A stretch of 64,000 bases of DNA from Podarcis filfolensis (taxonomy: Eukaryota), in NCBI GenBank assembly GCA_964270895.1, contig OZ185437.1; one strand, 5' to 3'. Under the pieces are notes generated by a model, which was not told the origin of the DNA, searched no databases, and saw only the letters and a program-made list of their open reading frames with translations. The position numbers and the translations under genes are program-made. Shown piece after piece: positions 1 through 10,534 of this stretch; the stretch's first letter is position 1, and each line of letters starts with the position of its first letter.

Positions 1-287
1 TCCACCACCCACAGCACTCCAACCAAAGTCATGGTGTTCTTTCCATAGGAAAGTGACCTTCATCTGTAATGTTTCTTGCAGTAGCAAACTTTATCATTAG
101 ATAAAGCAAAGTAATTTTCCCCACCCCGCACACCTTTAGCTTTATCTGAGAAATAGCCACAAGCCCAAATTGGTGTGAAAATGTGGGTTTTAGACACTCC
201 TAGCTTTTTACAGGACTCTCCTATCTTTTGTAGATCTTTGTGATGCCTGTTTTTGATAGCTCAAATAAGTAGTGCATTGTTTTTCAG

Positions 288-388
288 GAAAAGAAAGCTG
301 TTTTGAGCGTATAGTGTCCAGGTTTGGCACTAACATAACTTATGTTGTGATTGGAGATGGCCGAGATGAGGAGCATGCAGCTAACCAG
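288..388 (+). CDS. EYA4: EYA4 penultimate coding exon (alternative exon-20 type), C-terminal part of the EYA HAD-phosphatase domain
   Basis: Acceptor ttgtttttcag|GA at 287/288 and donor CAG|gtaat at 388/389. 101 bp, translating (G)[33 protein letters not shown], which I recognise as the EYA4 variant exon; it includes the GDG motif. Confidence 0.95.
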
Positions 389-393
389 GTAAT

Positions 394-549
394 NNNNNNN
401 NNNNNNNNNNNNNNNNNNNNNNNNNNNNNNNNNNNNNNNNNNNNNNNNNNNNNNNNNNNNNNNNNNNNNNNNNNNNNNNNNNNNNNNNNNNNNNNNNNNN
501 NNNNNNNNNNNNNNNNNNNNNNNNNNNNNNNNNNNNNNNNNNNNNNNNN
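394..549. other. Assembly gap (156 N) in the last EYA4 intron
   Basis: Run of N from 394 to 549. Confidence 0.99.
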
Positions 550-1652
550 TGTGATACGTAGATATTGATGCAAGCTTCTCTGTTTGCATTTCTGTTAGTG
601 TGGCACATTGGCAAGTAATTGAAGTTGTTAGATGCCAAAAGCCCGAAACATAAGACCTACAAATTAAACCATTTGGATTCGAGCATATTCTTTATGATGA
701 CTTGCATGATTTGGAGATAAATCAAAATGGATATTGATTATAGATCTTAAAAGAACTAAGTGGCTTCAGATATAATAAGCGTACATAAGATACAAGTAAT
801 ATATAATAAAATGGGTGCTTTTGAAATTTGATGAAGGCATGCAAAAGGTTATCTGGCAGATGTGGAAAACCAATAGAAGGAATGCCAAATTCAGCTGTCA
901 CAAAGTAAAATGTATCTGAAAAGCATGAATAAAAGGTAATTAGCTTCCTTCCATAGAGGGGCAGCTTCACCCATAGAAGTTCTATAGAAGACAAAAGCAC
1001 CACCAAGAACTTACTCTGCTATATGCGAAGTAATTGCAATATGAACATTTGACAACTCAATAATAAGTGCACTTTAAAAAAAACAACCTAGCTGGAGGTT
1101 TCAATATTCGTCACATTTCAGAATAATTGACAGCAATGTAGATAAGGCATAAACTTTATTAAATACATTTTGGGCTCTAACCAGAAATAGCCCACACTAT
1201 CCTAGACTTGGGGAATCTAAGGAGACATATCATTCTGATATCAGATAGCATCTGTGGGTTTTGCTCTTCAGCTATAGTGGTTTTATTAACTTATACATGC
1301 TGGTTCCAAATGGTTGCTTCATATAGATGCAGTACAGGTGCTGGGATTGTCTTGTAGTTTTTTTTCCAGAAAATCAGGTGATTGGTTTCTTTACTTTATG
1401 GTTGGCATGCTTTCCTCTAACTGTACCCGTTGCTTGCATGAACAGTTGTGGAAGAATAAATGAATGCAAATTCTTCACAAATAGATCTGAACATAATGAA
1501 AGTAAGGTCCTTAAAGTCCAAATTATGTATCCACAACATTTTTGCAATGTTTTATTTACCGAGATTTGATTTCACAACTCTTGCACTGGACCCATTAGTC
1601 CTAGAACCGACCCTGTCATGCCTCAGCCCTCCACCAGGAGGCTGAGAAGGAT

Positions 1653-2172
1653 CAAATCAAATCAAATTTTATTAGATGGTCACAGACCAGATTAACTCGT
1701 GCAGCTAGTCAGCAAAGCATAACACCGGAAAAAACAAAGGACAATTTCAATACAGATTAGGCCATAACAGCAATTTAAAATTAGACAGCATAAATAAAAT
1801 TAAGTATTTGCCTTCGCCTGCATATTGGCATTGGAAAGCTCTTGTTTCCTGCGCCTAATAGCGGCTACACAGAATTTGGCAACATTGATCGTAATTTCAG
1901 GAACCTTATCTTCTACCAAGGCTCTCATACGTTGAAGTTCTGGTTCATTTTTAAGCTTTTGTAGAACTGGGGCAATAAAGGTCAGGCGTAGATCCTCGTA
2001 GTAACTACAGTGCAGCAATACATGCAGACTTGTTTCCACTTCCGATGAGCCACATGGGCAAACACGTGACTCATATGGTTTGCCCTCATATCTGCCTAGC
2101 AGCAGGGCAGAGGGCAGAACGTTAAATCTGGCCAGGGTAAAGGAGTGTCTGTACTTAGGTATTTGTAAATCA
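1653..2172 (-). mobile_element. 5'-truncated RTE-X-type non-LTR retrotransposon in the last EYA4 intron
   Basis: Minus frame reads IPKYRHSFTLARFNVLPSALLLGRYEGKPYESRVCPCGSSEVETSLHVLLHCSYYEDLR...VAKFCVAAIRRR (C-terminal CCHC-like region). The 3' end has AATAAA plus (ATTTG)n. Candidate TSD GAGAAGGAT at 1644-1652 and 2173-2181. Confidence 0.8.
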
Positions 2173-2840
2173 GAGAAGGATATCCAACCAATGCCTAAGC
2201 CAAATCCTACCTGCCTATGGAATCAGTAAAGTTGTGGCCAATTTCAAATCCTAGAACATTGTCTTGCCCATTTTGTTCACCTTCTTGAGCTACTAGGCCT
2301 TGCTCCCTGGACAGGGGTTACTGCGGGTAGGTCTGCAATGATAATGTAAAACTAAATCTTTCACTTGTGGGGCAAAAAACATCTCCCATGTAATGTCCAC
2401 AGCTGAAAAACTGGATCACTAGCTTTTCCACAGGTAACTTCTGAAGGTGTGCTTGCATACATAATAACAAGTGCATAAGCTTTACGTATGGAAAGTACAG
2501 CTTCCAGTTGTACATAAACTTTGTGCATCTCCTTGCAGGGGAGAAATACATAATTTTCCATTGGAAATTGTCACCTCTTAACTATTCATAATTGATAAGC
2601 GTTATTTCTCTTTCACTCTCAATAGAAAGAAAATTGAGTTTACCCTATGGTCCTTACTGTAAGTTCATATCTATTTGGGTCTGACTTTTTCTTCGCTGTC
2701 TTACTAAGAAAAATCAGGATAATTCTCTGGTGTTCATTTAAACTCTATGAAAGCAAATATAAATAATGGTGGTTTTGGGGGGTGATTTGTCAAATATATT
2801 GTTCATTTCTCCTCACCTTTCCCCCTCTTAACTAACACAG

Positions 2841-2921
2841 CACAACATGCCTTTCTGGAGAATATCTAGTCACTCGGACCTCCTGGCTCTACACCAAGCG
2901 CTGGAATTAGAGTATTTGTAA
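2841..2921 (+). CDS. EYA4: EYA4 terminal coding exon
   Basis: Acceptor ctcttaactaacacag|CAC. Translates HNMPFWRISSHSDLLALHQALELEYL* with TAA at 2919-2921; phase 0 fits the 288-388 exon. Too short for the ORF track. Confidence 0.96.
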   Translation, partial: HNMPFWRISSHSDLLALHQALELEYL

Positions 2922-5900
2922 CTGCTGTCACATAGTTGACAAATACTTTTTATATTTCAAAGTACACTGATATTTTTTATGTGTGATCCAGTGCCTCTGG
3001 CTTTTACACATATATATGGTCTTAAGAAGGAAAAGCAATATTTGGAATGAAAATTCCATTGTGAAGAATTGAGATCACTGATTGGTGGAGTTACAAGTTT
3101 TAATTCTACACAAGGATGTTCTACAAGGTCTTATACACACAACATTTTTGACGATTAAAGAACTATAGAAGAAGGTTGCTGGTACACACCAATGAGCCCT
3201 AGCCAGAGTGAACAGCTTTTGCAATGGACTCAGACTGGGAAAGCAATGACACGCGTTTTCTGATCGACAAGGGTGGTATTCAACAACATTCCTCACTATG
3301 GGATATATTCTCAGCACTGAGGTTTGAATCAAACTTTAGTCTACCTAACCCAAAAAATCTGAATTGGAATGTACTCAAACTGTGCATTGACAATCCTGTC
3401 TAGATCTGTAATATGTGTAAATTATTGATGAAAATAATTTACTGTGACTTTTATTAGCAGCTGACTTTGGAAGTGGATGCAATTTCTTTTGTTTTGGAGG
3501 TGTGTGGGATGGGGGTATATAATAATTATTATTGTCTCTTTTATAAGTTTGGCAAACAGAATGTGCATAATGATGTGTTGTGCCTTAAAAGACAAGATCT
3601 TGTTTGTGTGTTACAATGTAACATTGGTTTAAAATAATGTAGATAAAAGAAATAAACCTTTGTGATAATTTTTGACATGACCAAATTTCAAATTCAAATA
3701 ATCAAAAGACAAGGGTGTGTATCGAAAGCACTTAAAAGTTTGTTGCAGTAAGGGGAGAGGGAAGTATAATAACTGACAGCTGGTGCTTTTATTTAGTTTC
3801 TTAATAATTCCACAGATTGCAGGAGGCAAGTAACTTAAGAGAATGTCAAGAGGCTGAAGTGATATTGGGCACTGTGGGATTAATAATTAAAATGGCTGAT
3901 TACTTGAGAACCATTTCTCCATTTTCATCTTTAAAGGAAAAAAACAAGTACTTGCACTGCAAGGAGCTTGATTTGATAAAGTACATATAAGGAGCAGCAA
4001 ATTATTTCCCATTTACCAAGTCTCAAATTGTTAGCCAATAGGTTACATGAAAATATGGTTGATTCCTTCAAAAAAATATACAATGTGCCCGCTCCTTCCT
4101 TGTGTGCTGTTCTGGGGGATTCTCTCAACCCACCCAAGCCAATTTGGGAAGTGTGTACAGGGGAAGAAGAGTGAGGAACTCTCTTTGAGCAAGTGGAAAT
4201 CCTTGTGTGGGCTTCTGGTAGTGGGATCAGTTATCTGGCCCTTGGTAGCCACAGTACAATTCAAAAGTGACTCCCCATTGGCCATGTTGGCTGAGGCTAA
4301 TAAGACTTATAGTGCAGCAACATTGGGGGGATGGGACACTATGTTCACTAGTCCAACTGTAGGTTGTTCACAGTATGTTGTAGCCAACAGTCCAGGAATT
4401 TCCACCAGCATGTTGTTTATTAAAACATTTTCTAACTAATTTTAAGCTTGGAGAAAAAGATCAGCATAGCACTCAATGGAACTCTTTCCTTTTTCCCTTC
4501 TGTGGTCAGCCCTTTACCACACATATCACGCATGCTAGCCATTACTTTCAACAGTAGATCAGTGTGTGTATCCTATATTCTTACCATCTCCATGGCTCCA
4601 GCTTGCAAGTTACTCTGTGCATGTGTAGCCACTGTGTTTGTGTGCATGCCATTGCTCACAATGGCGGGACAGGATGTGCTTTCCATATACCTACCCAGCC
4701 ATTATATGCTCTGCTTTCTAGCTCTCTGCCTACCAGTTACACCTTTTGTTGACATGTAGCTTGTGGAATGGATGCTTGGGAAGGAGAGAGGTAATACTGG
4801 GGCAGCTATAGATTGGCCCCTTATTAATGCCTGCTGCACTATGGTATGCATGCATGGCAAAGGGCCAGCTGGATACAGACAGTGCTCCATGGAACTGTTT
4901 TGAGATGCCCTCTTACAGACACAACTGCATTTGTGTAGGGTGAATAATGTACTTAATTTTCTATTTTTTTATATTGAAATTTTAATTATTGGAGTAAATT
5001 TATGTCATTTTATTTCTGAAAAGGTTTATCTTTAACAACAGCACTGGTGTAGAATAATTCAGTGTGATAATTCGGTTTCTGGTTTTCTTTCTAGTAATGT
5101 TCAAGGAAAGAGAATTATATATACTTGTCCCTACACTCTTGTTCTCTACTTTGCAGTCCCAGTGTTTTAATTAATCTCAAATAACAACAAGTTCTCCAGT
5201 ATCGACTTTTGGTGCAAAAGATCCTTAAAATAGTGTATGATGAGCCATATGCCACCCCACTATTCAGTGGGTACATATATACTGTTATTTGGGAGGATGA
5301 AAAAACTTCAAGTTTTGTAGTTTCAAAGATAAAAAGGCACATATGCAGTTATGTCATAAAAATAATCAGTTCAGATCATCGTGTGAAATGTAACCCATTC
5401 CTGTTTTCCCATTTGTAAGGTTCTTTAGTAAACGCACAACCTTTACAATAACTGATGTGCACAGAAATCAGTATTTTAGCTCCCTAGGGCACAGAAAAAG
5501 AGGGCAGAGGAACAGGCATTAAGTTAAGTGAATCAGATTATAATGTGAATGTAAAACCTGTACTACCTGAAATTGACATATGCAGCACAATCCCACGCAT
5601 GGTTACGCAGGAGTACATCCAACTGTGCTGAGTGTGGCTTATTTCTAGGAAAGTGTGCACAGAATTGCAGATTCAGATTCTCTGCTATGCTGTGTCCTGC
5701 ATTAACAATATTCGTAACCAGCCGGACAGAGGGTCAGTGTTGCGACTTCTTAGGCTAATGTGTAAAAGTGTTTTTCACTGATGCAACAATAGCCAGGAAG
5801 GATGGGATATGTAGTCAAAAATATCTGGAGGGCTCCATATGGGCTGACCCTGCCCTAATCTGTGCTGGATTTTGCCCCTGTGGACATACCAAAAAGGAAT

Positions 5901-8270
5901 ACTTACATCATCATATCAGATAATGAAGTTCCTTGCTCTGTGTTGATGCACTCAGATGCATAAATCTGAGTGAGATGTCCCTTTGGTGCAACTACTTACA
6001 GGCTATTGATTCAAGGTTTTTTGTTTTTTGTTTAAAGGAAAAGTACTTGGCATATATACTTCTTTAAAAAGGCAGCCACGTTGGTCCATAAGGGAAAACT
6101 CCAAAATCTGCAGTTTGAATGTGCTTTTTAGGACCAACCAAAATGTCACTAAATAGGAGAATTTTGAGTTCCCTGAATTTGTCATCAAGCTAGATTCGTC
6201 TTATAAATGTAGATTTCTTGCAGAGTTTTTTTCTTCAACCGTTTTTTAAAGAGATATATTCCAATGACACACAGAGAATGAAAACCAGCTTATGTTGACA
6301 AAACTATAGAATACCATTAATGCATATTTTATTCATTCAGAAATAGTGTGTAGTTGACAATATGATGTGGTCACAACAGATACACAGTTCTGATGTGGTC
6401 TGTATTCATTGAGCCCCCCCCCCCCATATTTCCATTAATAGTCTGATTCACAAAAACTCATATAAATGATGTTGATGCTGGAGGGAGAGGGGGCTAGGTT
6501 TGCAAGGCAGGCCCTTCTACACCAGCCTCTGTGTCTGGAGAGAAGTGAAGTCTGTAGGCCTCCACTGCAGTGATAGCCCAAGTTTTGGGTAACCGGCCTC
6601 CAGTGTTGTCCCAAAATGGTCATTTTGTGGTGGGGCACACAGAAATTCAAAGTTCTTCAGATTCCCGGGGGGGGGGGGGCTGATCCTCAGCTATACCAGC
6701 CTTGAAACTGTCACAATAAAAACTGGTGAAAAACACCCTTTTCCTATTCTCTGACCTAGCTGGCAGTAGTCAACAGGAGGAAATTTTAATAACAATTATT
6801 TTAAAAGAGAAAGAACAAACGAACACTCTTCAAAATGGAAAAGGGGGGGGGGGAGCAGAGGGCTTCAACACTGACTCTTCCTCAGCCCTGGCAGAATACA
6901 AAGGAATCAAAATTGCCAAAATTCTGGATACAGAAGCAAACTGTGTCAAACACTGAGCTGCTGTGTAATAAAACTCTGCATGAAAAAAATGGAATGTTGC
7001 CACTGAATTTTGCCTTAGGTGAAATTTTAAGCAATTTTGAATGTCCTCATTTAGGTAAAATATCTGTAGGAATTTCGATAAAATGGGAAAGAACTGCAGT
7101 AAGATCAGTAAGATCCATTCTCAGAGGAGAATGGAGGGAGCTTCACACATCTCTAGGGAAGCTAGAATTTAAGGCATGCCAGAATATTCCAACCAAAGCA
7201 TGGTTTTATGCAAATTGAAATTTGGTCATTTGGATCGTGAGTTGTATTTTATATCATTATATATATGCAATCAAAAAACTTGTCCTCTTAACTCTTACCC
7301 TACCACAGAGAACACAAATATCCCATGTTTTAAAAGGTTGTGCAATTAAAATAGTGAACAGTGTGCCTTTGCAGTTGCTGTACCAATATAAATGGAAACA
7401 GCACATAAATATTAAGCACTTTGAATATTGTGCTTAAGATACAGAAATAGAGCACAATTTGAATGCATGTAAATACAAAGAAATAAGGGAAAGGTGGACT
7501 CAATTCAGTAAACCACTAAACTGAAAAGTTAAAAAAGGCAATATATGCAGATTGTGCACAAAAATATAGAGCCCAATTTATCCCCACAGTGCTCAATAGA
7601 GCCTCCCTCCCTCCCACAGGCCCTTGGCTAAAAAATACACATAGTGTAGTATATCAGTCATTACCTGTTGGAGGCCCATATGTAGCCCACAACTGATAAG
7701 AACCACACACACAAGCTACCCATGCTCTGCTGTTGTGTTGGAGGAATTGTTTTTACTGTACTGCTGGATTTAATTGGGTTTCTTTAAATCTCAAGTAGGA
7801 GCAACAACTTGAGCATGCTGTAAAGAAGTAAGCAGTATGTCTGCAGTATGTCTGTGTGTTTAAACTCCAAACTTTGAACTAAATGCTCCTGAAATAATAG
7901 ATCAGAACTTAATCTAAATCTTTCCACATGTTGAGGGCGTATAAGCTATGCCCACTGCAGTTTTAGATGTGATTTTCATTTCAGATTTATTGGGGTAGGG
8001 TGGGGGTGTTTTGGAGCCATGTCTAGATGCTTGAATAAATGTGATATTTAGTGTCTTTAGAAGGGAACTTAACTGACATGAGCCAATATTGCATTTGAAC
8101 TCCCAGCAATTGCAGCCTTGTGGAACTGTTGAAGCCAAGGGTCTATGTAATGTAAGTTGTGATTTATTTGGGGATAACATTATTTAAGAAAATGTAAATT
8201 AATATTGAAAGCTTGTAAAAAATGTGTATATCTTTACTATTTCTCAATAAATACACGTGGAAATGTTGTC
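2922..8270 (+). other. EYA4: Probable EYA4 3'UTR (extent inferred), with alternative poly(A) signals
   Basis: AT-rich and poor in recognisable TEs after the stop. AATAAA at 3651, 6715, 6967, 8034 and 8246. The true end needs RNA data. Confidence 0.5.
8246..8251 (+). terminator. Candidate distal polyadenylation signal of EYA4
   Basis: AATAAA with upstream TGTA and U-rich elements (aatgtaaatt, cttgtaaaa) and a downstream GU/U-rich tract (gtggaaatgttgtcattttctg). Confidence 0.5.
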
Positions 8271-8589
8271 ATTTTCTGCACCATTCCCATGCTATACTAT
8301 CTTTCATTTTCTGATTGAAATTGTGCTTTTCCTACAGTTGATATTTGCCCAGATCCACAGGAGAACAGATTTTGGGGGGGGGGCATTAAAGATTAAAATC
8401 CCAGAAAGGTGAAATCAGGAGGACTGAATCCAGCTCCTGCTCACACTCCCAAATAACTGGTTGCAGGAACTTTAATCTTTTTGGAAAGGCTTGCATTCAT
8501 GGCTAGTCTCAGGTGTGGGAACATTAAATTTTATATCCTGCTTTTCCTCCAAGGTGTCCATGGCAGCACATATATAGCCTCCTCTACCA

Positions 8590-8712
8590 TCATCATTTTA
8601 TCCTCACAGCTGAAGAGTGACTGGTCACCCAGTGAACTTCATGACTGAGTGAAAATTTGAACCTGGGTCTCCCCAGACTTAGTCCAATACTCCTTCCACT
8701 GTACCATGCTGA
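8590..8712 (-). mobile_element. Degenerate MIR/Squam3-like SINE
   Basis: gtcacccagtgaacttcatgactgagtgaaaatttgaacctgggtctccccagacttagtcc resembles the CORE-SINE head seen in the intact copies at 19578 and 21900. Confidence 0.55.
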
Positions 8713-10426
8713 GTTAGAAAGGAGTGCTTGCATTTTGAGCATTTTATCACCTAAGAGTGGTACCATTCCTACCACTGTCCTCGGGGTGCAGGCACTTTTA
8801 GTCCTAGTCCTCAGCAGGAAAAAATGTGCCACCTGGGACCTTGATCACCTGCTTTCCCCTTTCCTTGCCCAAATACCAGTTTCTGGGCTTTGGAGAAGGG
8901 AGGTGTGGTGGAGGTAGGTGCTTTTTGAAGTCCCTCCAAGCCATGTGGCTGTTTGTTTGAAATGCTCACAAAAGTTGAAAAGCTTTGGGGATCAGTAGTA
9001 GAATGCTCATATATTGACTTCAAATATATTTTCTTGCAGTTTTCAAAAAACTAAACAAAACCTGAAATAATGCAGCTAAGCATTGTCTGTAGTTTGATCC
9101 TAAGTAATTAGGAAGAACCCACACACAAAGCTTTTCTCTGTATTAATGCTGCTTTAAGTATTTGCTTACATCCACAAATCATCAGCTTGGTAATCGTGTG
9201 TATTTTTTGAAAATGACCCCTTGGGCTATAATGTAACGCAGGCAGTTTTGCAATGAGGCCTTTAGCCTTTTATATTTAAAATTGGTTTTTGCAAACATTC
9301 AAACTCATCTCCCTGCCCTCAATTACACTCATCTGCAAACTGCCTGACTCACTGTGGTTTTGTGGTCATCGGGTACAATCCTGAACCAAGCAGTTGTATA
9401 CCTGTGAAAAGACTGACCTTTCAACTTTTAATGTTACGTTTGCTCCAATAATGAACCAACAAATCATTAGCTTGACATTAATAAGCCGTTTGCTTAGATA
9501 GCTATATCTTCCTAAGTAGAACAGCTATTTTATGGGTGAAATTGCTTGTTTAAAAACTTTTGGTGCACAGATAAATTGCCATGGCATGACCAGAAAATAC
9601 CTCGTTTTAGCAGATGGTAAAAGTGTACATAATTAACGTATTCAGTATTCCCACCCCCACCCCCCAAAAAGCTGGTAAATGCAACTTATTAGAATTTCCT
9701 CTTGAAAGCTGGATTTATTAGCTTCAAAATACTGAGACTTTGCCAAATACATCTCTGGGAGATTGTATCCTGTGTTGCCATCTGTATTACAATAGATTCC
9801 AACAAGACAAAATTGAAAACTCTTGGGTGGCTCTTGTCCTGTCACATTCTATTCAAACTTAAGGGTAAGGACACCTCACTCTTTTAGTCCCCTTTTCACC
9901 TCTTCATTCTTCTTTGCTTTGCTTTCTGGGTTGTTTCCCCTCTCCCCTTTTCCATTTTAAAATAAAGTGTGATGGGTGTACCATTTATTTCCCCAAAATG
10001 AGTTTAAATTCATCTTATTGGTAGTACCTAATAAAGTTGCATGTTTAACAATGTTAAAGGAAATCAGGCATTTTAATGTTTAATTTGGGGGAGGGACCAT
10101 ATTTATGTAGTGTTACAATAATACTGTTTACTTGGCTTCTTGCAGTCTATTCATCATTTGCAATACCTCTTCACAATATGCTTTTCAAAACTAAGCACTG
10201 GAATGCTGAGCAATAATTCAGAATAACCCATAAATAAGGCAGCCCAATTGACCCTTGGGTGTTGGCAGATATAGAAAGAGGGGTGCATGGTCTAATATTA
10301 ATAAATGAGGCAGGTTTGTTGGTTCAGCCCTGCTTCTTTTATATCCATTTCAGTCAACCAAATGCTTCTTCACAGTGCTTTTATTACTAAAACAGTAACA
10401 CCACAATAATTCTATGAGAGTCTCAC

Positions 10427-10534
10427 CCTGAGGCAGGTTCTTAGTATGTCCATATTTTTGAGTCTTAAGTAGACACAAACTTCTTTTTTTTAAAACATTT
10501 TCCTGAGAGAGAATTTGCATGAGAGGTGCTGCTA
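10427..10534 (-). pseudogene. Candidate 108-bp symmetric exon of the same putative minus-strand gene
   Basis: Acceptor ctttctcacatttttatttttcag and donor CAGG|gtgaga. Phase 1-1 frame is open: AAPLMQILSQENVLKKRSLCLLKTQKYGHTKNLPQ. Confidence 0.25.

Noticed and set aside
272-638. Four ORFs of 77-101 aa spanning the N run
   Set aside because: Their length is an artefact of the assembly gap; only 288-388 is a real exon.
2050-2085. Hairpin gggcaaac...gtttgccc as a structured RNA
   Set aside because: It lies inside the RTE-X coding sequence and is explained by the element.
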